IMG/VR virus record: IMGVR_UViG_2512047041_000006
DNA: 47,976 nt
Origin: a virus
Taxonomy: Duplodnaviria; Heunggongvirae; Uroviricota; Caudoviricetes
Direction: 5' to 3' (one strand)
Positions 1 to 8,973 of the stretch are shown in pieces. Below the pieces are notes generated by a model. It was not told the DNA's origin and ran no database searches. It saw nothing but the letters and a program-made list of their open reading frames with translations. Made by a program: the position numbers and the translations under genes. Position 1 is the first letter of the stretch, and each line of letters starts with the position of its first letter.

Positions 1-1131
1 TCAAATGACCAGTTTTTTCCATTCCTTACCGCGTGCGTCGTTGTAAATATCGGTCATTTTTTGATTCGAATGGCCTAGCAAAATTTTGGTATCAACCCCC
101 TGCTCTCTGAACAATCGCTCTGATAAAGATCTCTGCTCATGGAAAGAGGGAGGGGTGCCATTAGCACGCCAGTTGTAATCCACAGAATCCCGGGCTTTTT
201 TAAATGCAACGGTTAATGTTGCTGGCTTAACCATCCCGCCGCGCTTAGCTGTCCCTTTCGCGTGATGGTGGTGCAATAGCCACGGACTAAGAACGCAATC
301 GCGGCAGGATGACACCACATCATCCAGGGTGAGATTTAATTTATCGCAACGCAGAGCCAGAGGGATGGCAATCCGGGTTCCTGTTTTTTGCTGTTCGACA
401 TGAAGATAACCATCCCGGATATCCGAAAATTGCATTTTGCAAATATCTGAAAGGCGCTGGCCTGTCATCAGTGCCAGCAGCATACCGCGCTGTAAAAAGT
501 AACCATCCTTTTCCGCTGCGTTATAAATCATCATCCACTCATCAAAAGTCAGTCGCTGTCTTGATATCCGCACCTGCGGTTTTTTTGCCGATTCTGCAGG
601 GTTAAAGCCTGGCGGGACATCGCCCGTTTGCTGAGCTTCCCGGAAAACATCGATCAGTACTTTCCTGAAAATTTGTCCCATTCTGTTATGTCCTCTGGCC
701 TTGTACTCTTCCAGTACTGATACCACATCTTTTACGGTTATGGCATCTAACGGTCTGGTGCCAAAACGTTCATCAAATACCCTGAGAGGAGCTGCTTTCT
801 GTTTCAGCGTGTTGAGTTTGATCTCGCCGTTTTCATATCTTTCCTGTTGAATTTTTCTGTAATTATTCAGAAAAATGGTAACGGTTGATGAACCGCCGGT
901 ATCACTAATAATTTTCTCCTGCAGACTGAGCATTTGTTCCATTTGCTGCCGGGCAAGACGGCTGTTCGCTTCTGCTGCAATAGTTTCTGCCAGTTTCTGG
1001 TCAATACTGCCGAGACCGTGATTTTTGCCTGTTATGGGATGCCTGTAACGCCAGTAAACTTTGTTATTTCTTTTGTCAAAATACGGAGATAATCCCGGAA
1101 CATCGGTTTTATATTTTCGCGGGCGCGCCAT
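1..1131 (-). CDS. int: Tyrosine integrase, lambda Int family
   Basis: 376-aa ORF; recognisable similarity to lambda Int incl. catalytic region motifs (TGQRLSDI, FHEQRSL, LLGHSNQKMTDIYND); stop codon at window positions 1-3; 5' end overlaps xis. Confidence 0.93.
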   Translation of the reverse strand: MARPRKYKTDVPGLSPYFDKRNNKVYWRYRHPITGKNHGLGSIDQKLAETIAAEANSRLARQQMEQMLSLQEKIISDTGGSSTVTIFLNNYRKIQQERYENGEIKLNTLKQKAAPLRVFDERFGTRPLDAITVKDVVSVLEEYKARGHNRMGQIFRKVLIDVFREAQQTGDVPPGFNPAESAKKPQVRISRQRLTFDEWMMIYNAAEKDGYFLQRGMLLALMTGQRLSDICKMQFSDIRDGYLHVEQQKTGTRIAIPLALRCDKLNLTLDDVVSSCRDCVLSPWLLHHHHAKGTAKRGGMVKPATLTVAFKKARDSVDYNWRANGTPPSFHEQRSLSERLFREQGVDTKILLGHSNQKMTDIYNDARGKEWKKLVI

Positions 1132-1357
1132 CTTCCAGTATCCTCTTCAAAGCAGGGTGATCTGTGGCGATCACCTCCGGCTTGTTTACCATTCCGACAA
1201 AGCGAGCTTGCGGATCCACTCGCCAGCGTCTTCCAACTTTTTTGGGGAGAGGAAATATCATTCCGGCTTTAGCGTATTTACTTAACGTACTCGGAGTAGG
1301 GACCGGTTCACTGAATTCCTCTTTTGCCCACTCAGTGAGCAGAATAAGTCTTGCCAT
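1109..1357 (-). CDS. xis: Excisionase-like small DNA-binding protein
   Basis: 82-aa ORF directly upstream of int, 3' end overlapping int start by 23 nt; assignment by position and size. Confidence 0.6.
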   Translation of the reverse strand: MARLILLTEWAKEEFSEPVPTPSTLSKYAKAGMIFPLPKKVGRRWRVDPQARFVGMVNKPEVIATDHPALKRILEDGAPAKI

Positions 1358-1421
1358 GGGCGTCGTTCGCTAATCATGGTCGCCGCCACTATAGCTGGTG
1401 GGCAACGACCGGGGTTGAACA

Positions 1422-2876
1422 TTAAAAATCAGCCTGACTTGGGATCAGTTTTTGCCAGATAACTGAAACGTATTTTGCCTGGTAACGGGCGTCATCAAGT
1501 GCATTATGGCGCTCACCTTCGAATGGAATAGCCGTTCTGGCATCGAAGTCTATGGCTTTCCCCAGCTCAACGATTGTGCGTACATCGCGATCGTTGTAGT
1601 AACGCCACGGGCAGGGGATCCCCTGCCGTTCGTATGAACGGCGCAAAATCGTGTTGTCGAAGTTGGCTCCATTTCCCCAAACCTGAACAAAAAATTCACC
1701 GGAGTTTTCGTCGATAAATTCCCGCAATTGTAACAGTGCATCATCTAACGGGATTTCATCGGTCATAATGGCAGATTGCGCTTCGCGTGATTGCTTAAGC
1801 CACCATTTAATGGTGTCCCGATCAATGACTCCGCCAGCAGTTTCCAGATCGATAGTCTTACTAAATTCCGGTCCCATATCTCCGGTTTGCGGATCGAAAA
1901 ATATTGCACCTATTGAGATGATCGGGGCATCAGGATTTTTTCCCATGGTTTCAAGGTCGATCATTAGATGGTCACACGTCCTGCTGGTGGATGTGATTTC
2001 GTGATGACCGTTCACCTTAATTGAGCGATCTGCCGTCTCGCCAGTTTCATTATCGCTATCGTGATGCTGATTGCCGCCAGTGTTCTCCTTGTGTGGATGT
2101 TCAGCGCCTTCCATTTCCTCCGGATCATCTTCCTGAACTTCAACCTGATACTCTTCATCGAATGTTTCCTGGTATGTTGCGTCGCCCATCACCGCGCCAC
2201 AATCAGGGCAGTTGCCGCCGCCGGTCTGACCGCAGGCGGTGCAGACTTTTTCCACTTCCTGTTGCGCCACTGGTTCAGGCTGTTTCGTTTCTGGCTCGTT
2301 TTGTAACGCATTTGGGCTGTTTTGTTCCGCTTTTTGGTAGTTCCGTTCCGATTCATGCTGATTCTGGTTCACAGAATCGCGGGTCTGGATCCCCTTAACC
2401 CATTTCGGATCATTCGGGTCACTAATCCCTTCAACAAATTCACCACGTGATGCAGCAAGCAACTTATCGGCGTCAGGCTGGCTGATATTGGCTGCCTGCA
2501 TAATTTTGTTTACTTCGTCAGCGGTAACTTTTATCGGCTCTGGTTGTTCTGAATCTTCAGCGGTATCTACATTTTGCGGTAAGCCCGTGTATGTGCCATT
2601 TTTTCGGGCAAAATATTCTTCTTTTGTGATTTCAGTGGCGCCAGCAGCCAGTGCCTTATCCAGACCAGAAAGTTTGTTTGCGCGACCGCATTTTTCTCCG
2701 TCCTTATCTGCGAAGAGGAAATAGAACGGCCCCTCACGCTCTACAGATGGTTCAGCTTCCGGCGCGGTTTCATTTTTTGGGATATCAGATACCTCAGTTT
2801 CCACTGCATCAGTTTGTGTTTCTGATGACTGGAGAACATCAACAGTGCCCAGGTCTGTTTCTTCATTCTCAAACAC
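1422..2876 (-). CDS. DEDDh (DnaQ-like) 3'-5' exonuclease domain protein with zinc ribbon
   Basis: 484 aa; C-terminal motifs MIDLETMG / WGNGANFD / [10 protein letters not shown] typical of DEDDh exonucleases; CTACGQ...CPDCG zinc-ribbon-like motif; acidic low-complexity N-terminal half. Confidence 0.7.
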   Translation of the reverse strand: MFENEETDLGTVDVLQSSETQTDAVETEVSDIPKNETAPEAEPSVEREGPFYFLFADKDGEKCGRANKLSGLDKALAAGATEITKEEYFARKNGTYTGLPQNVDTAEDSEQPEPIKVTADEVNKIMQAANISQPDADKLLAASRGEFVEGISDPNDPKWVKGIQTRDSVNQNQHESERNYQKAEQNSPNALQNEPETKQPEPVAQQEVEKVCTACGQTGGGNCPDCGAVMGDATYQETFDEEYQVEVQEDDPEEMEGAEHPHKENTGGNQHHDSDNETGETADRSIKVNGHHEITSTSRTCDHLMIDLETMGKNPDAPIISIGAIFFDPQTGDMGPEFSKTIDLETAGGVIDRDTIKWWLKQSREAQSAIMTDEIPLDDALLQLREFIDENSGEFFVQVWGNGANFDNTILRRSYERQGIPCPWRYYNDRDVRTIVELGKAIDFDARTAIPFEGERHNALDDARYQAKYVSVIWQKLIPSQADF

Positions 2877-3894
2877 GCCCTTTGTCGTCAGGTATTCGCA
2901 GATATATTTTGTTCAGTGCTATGGGATCTTTGTGAATGTCGATCGGACGCTCACGGACAAGGCCAAAAATAGTTTGGCGGTCGTAGCGAAGGGCATCAGG
3001 CTGTTTGCGCATTGATGCCGAGATACGCTTCCAGTCTTCGCGGTCGTTGTCGATAACTTCATTTTTTGCCCAGCGATGGATGCTGCCGTCAATGTTTCCG
3101 GCATCCACATCACCAGGCCAGAGAGCGTAGGCCAGTTCGTCATCCAGTGTTTTCCATGTCTGCTTGTATTCGCGATGAATGGCAGCAATGACCGGGCTGA
3201 TTTTTCCTGTTGAATTTTCACTGTGCTGTTGATTGGTTCTGGCGCGGGCGAGATCAATAACAGACGTGTATTTTCCGGTTTCCTTACGTTCACCTTCGCG
3301 ACGTTTTTTCCAGATGCGCATCTCTGCCTGAATTTCGGGCCATTTGGCACCAGGCTTACATTTATGCTTAACCCACCCGATGGCATGCAGCTTAAGCTCC
3401 GGATACATGGCGTTAACTTCTGGCATTTTCATCAACGCTTCAACGATATGTCCGTCGAATGTTGCCATGTCTTCCTGCAACAATTCCTGTGCGCTAATAA
3501 CCATATCAACGGTGATGTTTTCACATGTGTCGAACTTAACCATGACAGCGTTCTGTACTTCAGGGGCCAGCTTGTCAAAAGTGACGTTCATCGGATCGGA
3601 TTCAGTCTCAACCGGGACAAAGGAAGCAGACTCCTCATCCCAGCGGTTTTCCTGCATATATTCAGCATCCCAGGAATCGAGGGCAGGGCGGGGTATGCCG
3701 GGTTTATCCTCACAGACAATAAATTTATAAGCGCAGTCCTGAGCTGCAGGGAATTGCTCCAGAAATTGCCAATGAAATTTTGCGCGTGCGCGACGCTCAT
3801 CACCAGCTTCAATGGCAGTGGCCACCGCAACAGCGCTATCTTCTTTTATGGCCTGTTCATCAGGAATAGCAGCGCAAATAAAGACCTTACTCAT
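2869..3894 (-). CDS. Hypothetical early-left operon protein
   Basis: 341-aa ORF, translationally coupled (8-nt overlap) to the exonuclease gene; no family recognised. Confidence 0.5.
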   Translation of the reverse strand: MSKVFICAAIPDEQAIKEDSAVAVATAIEAGDERRARAKFHWQFLEQFPAAQDCAYKFIVCEDKPGIPRPALDSWDAEYMQENRWDEESASFVPVETESDPMNVTFDKLAPEVQNAVMVKFDTCENITVDMVISAQELLQEDMATFDGHIVEALMKMPEVNAMYPELKLHAIGWVKHKCKPGAKWPEIQAEMRIWKKRREGERKETGKYTSVIDLARARTNQQHSENSTGKISPVIAAIHREYKQTWKTLDDELAYALWPGDVDAGNIDGSIHRWAKNEVIDNDREDWKRISASMRKQPDALRYDRQTIFGLVRERPIDIHKDPIALNKIYLRIPDDKGRV

Positions 3895-3989
3895 TTTGTT
3901 TTAACCTCATTACAGATTTCAGGGTGAACGAATCCCTGCCATTGCTGGCATTTTTAATCCGTTGGTATGGTGTTAATATGGCTGGAGGG

Positions 3990-4178
3990 TTATCCAGCCG
4001 GTGTTTCGTTATTCAGGTACAGCGATACTTTTTTTAGCGGGAGGCATTCACCAGAAATTTTTTGCTCGTCTCTTGCCTGGAGGCAGGATTCTTTACTTGC
4101 ATAAATTCCGGTAATCACATTCTGTGATTCACCCGTTATAAGAAAAACCGTCATCATCAGTGCAAATGCTGAAGTCAT
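3990..4178 (-). CDS. Small membrane protein (YdfD-like position downstream of dicB)
   Basis: 62-aa ORF with hydrophobic N-terminus (AFALMMTVFLITG); start overlaps dicB stop (4175-4178); in Qin prophage dicB is followed by the small lysis protein gene ydfD. Confidence 0.4.
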   Translation of the reverse strand: MTSAFALMMTVFLITGESQNVITGIYASKESCLQARDEQKISGECLPLKKVSLYLNNETPAG

Positions 4179-4363
4179 TGACGTTCTCCGAAAATACCAA
4201 GTTCAAGAAGAGCAATTCGGGAAAGTATGGAATTATCATTGAGCAGATAAGGCTCATATTTCCTCATATTAATGGCATCTTCAGTAAACTCCCGGTTACT
4301 GAGCAGAACACCAATATCAAAACAACCTTCAGACGTATTAACGTTTGGTAATAACGTTTCCAT
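4175..4363 (-). CDS. dicB: Cell division inhibitor DicB homologue
   Basis: 62 aa, N-terminus METLLPNVNTSEGCFDIGV...FTEDAIN closely matches E. coli K-12 DicB as recalled; located immediately downstream of dicF on the same strand. Confidence 0.85.
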   Translation of the reverse strand: METLLPNVNTSEGCFDIGVLLSNREFTEDAINMRKYEPYLLNDNSILSRIALLELGIFGERQ

Positions 4364-4546
4364 TATCGCGTCCTCAACAATGAATTTTGTGATGCAGTGC
4401 CTGGTGCCTCCAGGTGACGTTAACCAGTTAACAATTAACGCCGGGTTAGTTGATGCTCGTTACGCCCGTAAAATACCGCCTTACTGCTTTAACTGTTCCG
4501 CGTGCGCATAGCCGCATTCACCGCATCACAAAATTCACTTTAAAAA

Positions 4547-4600
4547 GGGCGGCAGAGCAGTCACGGAGTAAAACTGATACCGCCAAATGTCACCAGAAAA
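4547..4600 (-). ncRNA. dicF: DicF small RNA
   Basis: Minus-strand sequence TTTTCTGGTGACATTTGGCGGTATCAGTTTTACTCCGTGACTGCTCTGCCGCCC followed by T-run; near-identical to the 53-nt DicF of K-12 Qin prophage as recalled; includes its 3' stem-loop. Confidence 0.85.
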
Positions 4601-4934
4601 TTGATAACAGAGGGCGTTGTAGCGGGGTTGTCACTTAAGCGTATGGTCAACCTGACAACCCGGTGCATTTTCTGGAGCAATGGAGGAAACCCCAGCCATA
4701 CTTACCGCCGCGCCATTTCGCGGAGTGCCACAACCGGAAGCGCACGGTCGAACTAAATTTAACGACACCGTACAGAGAGACCAATTTCGCCGTGCGCTTT
4801 CGCGTTATGCCCTGACTTTTCAGGGACATATCCTTTCAGTAAGCTGTCAGTGCCGGATGCTCACCCGTGTCCGGCGCACGCACTCCACCTGACCCGTGGA
4901 GAACTCCTTAATTACCAACCCTCAGGAGGGTGAA

Positions 4935-5213
4935 ATGGATAAAAAGCAAATTGAGGCCCTGCAATCTATTATTGAAGAACAAGATGAAGCTATCAGGATT
5001 CTTTCATATCGCACTGATATGATACTAAATATGCTTTCTGCATTAACGGCTGCGCTTGGTGGTACAAAAACAAACGTATACCGCGAAGTTGTTATTCAAC
5101 AGATAGATAAATTTGAAAAAAACATACCAGGTATTAATGCTCATCTTGCAGAACAAGAGAAAGACCATGCTCTTATGGCAATTTCTTCAGTAGCTCTCCC
5201 GAAAGTTGAGTAG
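4935..5213 (+). CDS. Hypothetical coiled-coil protein, opposite orientation to early-left operon
   Basis: 92-aa ORF from ATG 4935 preceded by strong SD (AGGAGG, 4924-4929); protein-like composition; 3' end overlaps the convergent 5173-5586 gene by 41 nt. Confidence 0.45.
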   Translation: MDKKQIEALQSIIEEQDEAIRILSYRTDMILNMLSALTAALGGTKTNVYREVVIQQIDKFEKNIPGINAHLAEQEKDHALMAISSVALPKVE

Positions 5214-5586
5214 TTTTAATTGTTGTTTTGAAATAATCACTGCTTTCACATTTGAGTGATTTCATGGCAATCCAAATGCGGGCCTCTGTGCCTGCATTTG
5301 GTTCCAGTTGCTGTAGACGTTTTGCGTCTTCCAAAAGTAAGGCGATAATGTGTTTCAGCTTCTCATCATTTGCTTGATTCTTGTTTTCAGGCGAATTCTG
5401 TCCGCCGAATAGGCGCTTCTCTTCATACAGACCTATAAAGGCACGACGCACGTTACCGGATATAGTATCGATGGTTTCCTTTTCTACGGTACTCAGGTCA
5501 AGAGTCGCCAGTTGAGAGCGAACCACATTCGATGCCATTTCCTGGAATGGTACTGGTAAATCTTTAAATTCCATCGTCAACCTCAT
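5173..5586 (-). CDS. Hypothetical early-left operon protein
   Basis: 137-aa ORF; start overlaps stop of upstream ydfA-like gene (ATGA-type coupling at 5586). Confidence 0.5.
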   Translation of the reverse strand: MRLTMEFKDLPVPFQEMASNVVRSQLATLDLSTVEKETIDTISGNVRRAFIGLYEEKRLFGGQNSPENKNQANDEKLKHIIALLLEDAKRLQQLEPNAGTEARIWIAMKSLKCESSDYFKTTIKTTQLSGELLKKLP

Positions 5587-5738
5587 CAGTCAGTGTTTCT
5601 GGTTAACCAGCGACGCGCGCCAGCTTCAGTTTTAAACGTTTTGCTTCTGGTATACGTCATCGCGGTGAACGTACCGTCCTGGTTGGGGAACACGCCACAT
5701 ACCAGAGATTCGCTGTTGCCAAGATCGATAGTATCCAT
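5586..5738 (-). CDS. YdfA-like small protein (DUF1391-like), first gene of early-left operon
   Basis: 50-aa product from internal ATG (5736-5738) with GAGG SD 7 nt upstream; size and position match ydfA of Qin; ORF track extends it to 5819. Confidence 0.5.
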   Translation of the reverse strand: MDTIDLGNSESLVCGVFPNQDGTFTAMTYTRSKTFKTEAGARRWLTRNTD

Positions 5739-5924
5739 GCTGACCTCATTTCCCCTTAACGCCGGGGTAGCGGAACAAAAACCTGCTGCATAGTTATTAA
5801 AGTTGAACCCTGCCGTCATGTTCTTACGCCTCGGGCTGGCTACTTAACCCCTGACCACTGCCTGGTAACTCGAAGTATTGCCCTGCATTCTGTGGGGCGG
5901 GGTGGGTTGGTATGAAAAGAAGGA

Positions 5925-5961
5925 TACCCATAGGTATTTAAAAAGTAAACACCCATGGGTA
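5925..5961. promoter_or_regulatory. Left operator region (two palindromic repressor sites) upstream of early-left operon
   Basis: TACCCATAGGTA (5925-5936) and ACCCATGGGT (5951-5960, perfect palindrome) between repressor gene 3' end and ydfA-like gene; same ACC-N-GGT half-site pattern as sites at 6459-6495. Confidence 0.5.
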
Positions 5962-6003
5962 AATTTTTGCGGTGTCTTAACTGGTGACTAGTTGTTTGGT
6001 GAG

Positions 6004-6423
6004 CTATGATGCGTTTTGTGCTTTCTTTTTACGGATTTCTTCGTAGATCATATTGTAATACTGTTTTTTCTCTTCAAGAGTTTTTAATAATTTATCCGCT
6101 TCACTTTCTGGCAGTTCGTCTAAGAGATCTAAAAAAATACGTTGTCGTGGCGTTAGAACCCTTGTTTCATAACTGGAGGCTGTGTTCGTTGATGATGAAA
6201 CGATACCATCCATCCATCCCCGGGGTAACCCAAAGGACTCTTCGATAATCTCCACCATATCATCAGCGATCCGTTTTTTTCCCTTTTTCCCCTCTGGGTA
6301 CAACATTCTTGATACATAAGAAGGCTCGCGCCCGATCTTTCTGGCCACGTTAACCGCTTTACCATCGCATTTCTCATCACGAATTTTGATGAGTTGCTGT
6401 CGTCTAAATTCATATTTGTCCAT
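6004..6423 (-). CDS. Prophage repressor, HTH DNA-binding protein (CI/DicA functional analogue)
   Basis: 139 aa; HTH-like segment GKAVNVARKIGREPSYVSRML; divergent from cro-like gene and flanked on both sides by palindromic operators; no S24 peptidase domain evident. Confidence 0.7.
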   Translation of the reverse strand: MDKYEFRRQQLIKIRDEKCDGKAVNVARKIGREPSYVSRMLYPEGKKGKKRIADDMVEIIEESFGLPRGWMDGIVSSSTNTASSYETRVLTPRQRIFLDLLDELPESEADKLLKTLEEKKQYYNMIYEEIRKKKAQNAS

Positions 6424-6458
6424 AGGTAAATAATAGATGCGATTACCGCAAGGTAAAC

Positions 6459-6495
6459 AACCTGTGGGTATTGACTTTTGTTTACCTGTGGGTAT
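6459..6495. promoter_or_regulatory. Right operator/promoter region (two repressor sites) between repressor and cro-like genes
   Basis: Direct repeat of AACCTGTGGGTAT (6459-6471) and TACCTGTGGGTAT (6483-6495) with TTGACT -35-like hexamer (6471-6476) between them; located in the 100-bp divergent intergenic region. Confidence 0.55.
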
Positions 6496-6523
6496 TCTTT
6501 GCTGTGTTTACTAAGGAGTAGCT

Positions 6524-6805
6524 ATGGAAGAATTAAGAATATTTCTCAATTCTCTTTCGTCAGATGAACAGCGTATGTTTGCATGCGAGTGTGGTACCAG
6601 CATCGGTTATCTAAGAAAGGCATTGAGTAAAGGTCAAGTGTTAGGGGCATCGTTATGTGTCCTTATTGAGCGAGCCAGTAATGGTGAAGTTACACGTCAG
6701 CAACTAAGGCCTTTTGATTGGATGAATATTTGGCCCGAGCTGGAAGATACCAAAACGTTAACACAACCACTTTCTAGGAGCTTGATTCATGAAAATCAAG
6801 CATGA
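6524..6805 (+). CDS. Cro-like regulator, YdaS family
   Basis: 93 aa; SD AAGGAG 8 nt upstream; motif CECGTSIGYLRKA...VTRQQLRPFDW resembles Rac YdaS/Cro-like HTH proteins as recalled; divergent from repressor. Confidence 0.6.
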   Translation: MEELRIFLNSLSSDEQRMFACECGTSIGYLRKALSKGQVLGASLCVLIERASNGEVTRQQLRPFDWMNIWPELEDTKTLTQPLSRSLIHENQA

Positions 6806-7214
6806 ACACATCCGCATGGCGATGAATGCCTGGGCGCGTCCTGATGGCGAAAAAGTTCCAGCAGCTGGAATAACCCAGGCTTATTTTGAGTTGGGTATGA
6901 CGTTCCCGGAACTGTATGACGACAGCCATCCGGAAGCCCTGGCTCGCAATACCCAGAAAATTTTCCGCTGGGTAGAGAAAGACACCCCTGATGCTGTTGA
7001 AAAAATGCAGGCTCTGTTACCGGCGATCGAAAAGGCGATGCCGCCTTTGCTGGTGGCCCGTATGCGCAGCCACAGTTCTGAATATTACCGTGAGATCGTC
7101 GAACGGAGGGATCGGCTGGTGAAGGATGTCGATGATTTTGTTGCGTCAGCGGTTGTTTTGTATGACCAGATGAATCGCGGCGGCCCGGCAGGGAATGCTG
7201 TGGTGATGCACTAA
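6789..7214 (+). CDS. YdaT-like protein (CII-position regulator)
   Basis: 141 aa beginning MKIKHEHI as in Rac YdaT (recalled); overlaps upstream gene by 17 nt. Confidence 0.55.
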   Translation: MKIKHEHIRMAMNAWARPDGEKVPAAGITQAYFELGMTFPELYDDSHPEALARNTQKIFRWVEKDTPDAVEKMQALLPAIEKAMPPLLVARMRSHSSEYYREIVERRDRLVKDVDDFVASAVVLYDQMNRGGPAGNAVVMH

Positions 7215-7236
7215 AAGCACGGTGTTCGGGGGTTTT

Positions 7237-8199
7237 ATGAGCAGCAAGCTTCATGGTCTTGTCTGGGAAGGGTGCGCCTTCACCGGCATGATCTTATCCA
7301 GGGTGGCGGTTATGGCCCGTCTTGCAGACTACAGCAATGACGAGGGCGTGTCATGGCCTGCCATTGAAACTATCCGGCGTCAGATCGGTGCAAGAAGTGA
7401 ATCCACAGTGAAATCGGCTATTGCAGAACTGGCGAAAGAGGGCTGGCTGACGAAGGAAGAGCGTAAGGTCGGTGGGCGTAATGTAAGCAATATCTATCGG
7501 CTTAATGTGGAAAAACTCGAAGCAGCTGCGGCGGCGGCGCGTGAGTCATATAAACCGAAAAGAAAAATTAGCCCGGCAAAAAATGACCCGTTAACAGTTG
7601 ACCCGTCAAATATTGACCCCTCAACGGTTGACCCGTCAAATTTTGATGGATCAACTGTTGATAAAAAACTGCCGATTAGGGGGGCGATGATTGACCCCGA
7701 TCCGTCAGTATTAAAACCTGATCCGTCAGATAAAAGATCTTCTTGTCCGGACGCTTCGCAACCGGACCCGCAGACGGCTGAACAGGATTTTTTAACCCGA
7801 CACCCTGACGCGGTTGTGTTCAGTGCGAAAAAACGCCAGTGGGGAAGTCAGGAAGATTTGGTGTGCGCACAGTGGATCTGGGGACGAATCGTGAGTCTTT
7901 ACGAGCAGGCGGCCAGCTATGATGGCGAGATCACTAGACCGAAAGAACCCAACTGGACAGCATGGGCCAATGACGTTCGCACAATGCGGATGCTGGATGG
8001 CAGAACTCACAGACAAATTTGTGAAATGTTTGGGCGTCTCCAGCGGGATTCGTTCTGGGTAAAAAACATCATGAGTCCGGCAAAACTCCGGGAAAAATGG
8101 GATGAACTGGTTATCCGCCTGGGGCGTTCGCCTGCGCAGCGTTGCGTGAATCACATTTCTGAACCGGACACTGAAATACCGCCGGGATTCAGGGGGTGA
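7237..8199 (+). CDS. Replication initiation protein (O-like, N-terminal winged helix)
   Basis: ATG 7237 with GGGGG SD; N-terminal wHTH; internal DP(L/S)xV peptide repeats encoded by 15-bp iterons; immediately followed by DnaC-like loader. Confidence 0.65.
   Translation: MSSKLHGLVWEGCAFTGMILSRVAVMARLADYSNDEGVSWPAIETIRRQIGARSESTVKSAIAELAKEGWLTKEERKVGGRNVSNIYRLNVEKLEAAAAAARESYKPKRKISPAKNDPLTVDPSNIDPSTVDPSNFDGSTVDKKLPIRGAMIDPDPSVLKPDPSDKRSSCPDASQPDPQTAEQDFLTRHPDAVVFSAKKRQWGSQEDLVCAQWIWGRIVSLYEQAASYDGEITRPKEPNWTAWANDVRTMRMLDGRTHRQICEMFGRLQRDSFWVKNIMSPAKLREKWDELVIRLGRSPAQRCVNHISEPDTEIPPGFRG
7583..7662. repeat. Iteron array (candidate replication origin) inside initiator gene
   Basis: Five tandem 15-bp units; core units GTTGACCCGTCAAAT at 7597-7611 and 7627-7641, ATTGACCCCTCAACG at 7612-7626, degenerate units at both ends; each unit is internally palindromic (TTGAC..GTCAA). 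Confidence 0.5.
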
Positions 8200-8205
8200 C
8201 GTGTC

Positions 8206-8952
8206 ATGAAAAACATTGCGGCAGTTGGGGTTCTTGAACGTATTCGCAGACTTGCACCACAGGGGTCGGTTCCACCGTACCGGACGGTGGAGGAGTGGCG
8301 GGAATGGCAACTTGCTGAAGGACGAAAACGCAGCGAGGAGATTAACCGCCAGAATCGCCAGTTGCGGGTGGAAAAAATCCTGAATCGTTCGGGCATCCAG
8401 CCTCTGCACAGCAAATGCTCGTTTGCAAATTATCAGGTGCAGAACGACGGGCAAAAATACGCGCTGAGCCAGGCCAAATCCATAGCTGACGAACTGATGA
8501 CCGGGTGCACGAATTTTGTGTTCAGCGGTAAAACCGGCACCGGGAAAAATCACCTTGCAGCGGCGATGGGCAACCGGCTGATGGTGAAGGGGCGCAGCGT
8601 GATTATCGTCACCGTGTCTGACGTCATGAGCGTGTTGCATGACAGCTACGACAACGGCAAATCCGGGGAAAAATTTTTACAGGAGCTTTGCGGGGTTGAT
8701 TTGCTGGTCCTGGATGAAATAGGCGTTCAGCGGGAGACGAAAAACGAGCAGGTGGTATTGCACCAGATAATTGATCGCCGGACAGCATCACTGTGCAGTG
8801 TCGGGATGTTAACAAACCTGAATCATGCCGCAATGAGTACGCTTCTTGGTGAGAGGATTATGGACCGCATGACCATGAACGGTGGTCGATGGGTGACGTT
8901 TAACTGGGATAGCTGGCGTCCAAATGTCAGCAATATGAGGGTTGTGAAGTAA
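8206..8952 (+). CDS. DnaC-like helicase loader (IstB-type AAA+ ATPase)
   Basis: 248 aa; Walker A GKTGTGKNHLA, Walker B LLVLDEIG; AGGGGG SD upstream. Confidence 0.85.
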   Translation: MKNIAAVGVLERIRRLAPQGSVPPYRTVEEWREWQLAEGRKRSEEINRQNRQLRVEKILNRSGIQPLHSKCSFANYQVQNDGQKYALSQAKSIADELMTGCTNFVFSGKTGTGKNHLAAAMGNRLMVKGRSVIIVTVSDVMSVLHDSYDNGKSGEKFLQELCGVDLLVLDEIGVQRETKNEQVVLHQIIDRRTASLCSVGMLTNLNHAAMSTLLGERIMDRMTMNGGRWVTFNWDSWRPNVSNMRVVK

Positions 8953-8973
8953 TTTTGTCCGGAGGAAATTTTA

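Noticed and set aside
4647-4829. 60-aa minus-strand ORF between dicF and the 137-aa gene (possible YdfC equivalent)
   Set aside because: Highly basic, no clear SD, overlaps an alternative plus-strand ORF; cannot be distinguished from noncoding leader sequence without homology search
5820-6003. N-type antiterminator gene expected downstream of the left operator
   Set aside because: No small Arg-rich ORF present; the early-left operon begins directly with a ydfA-like gene, as in Rac/Qin-type prophages
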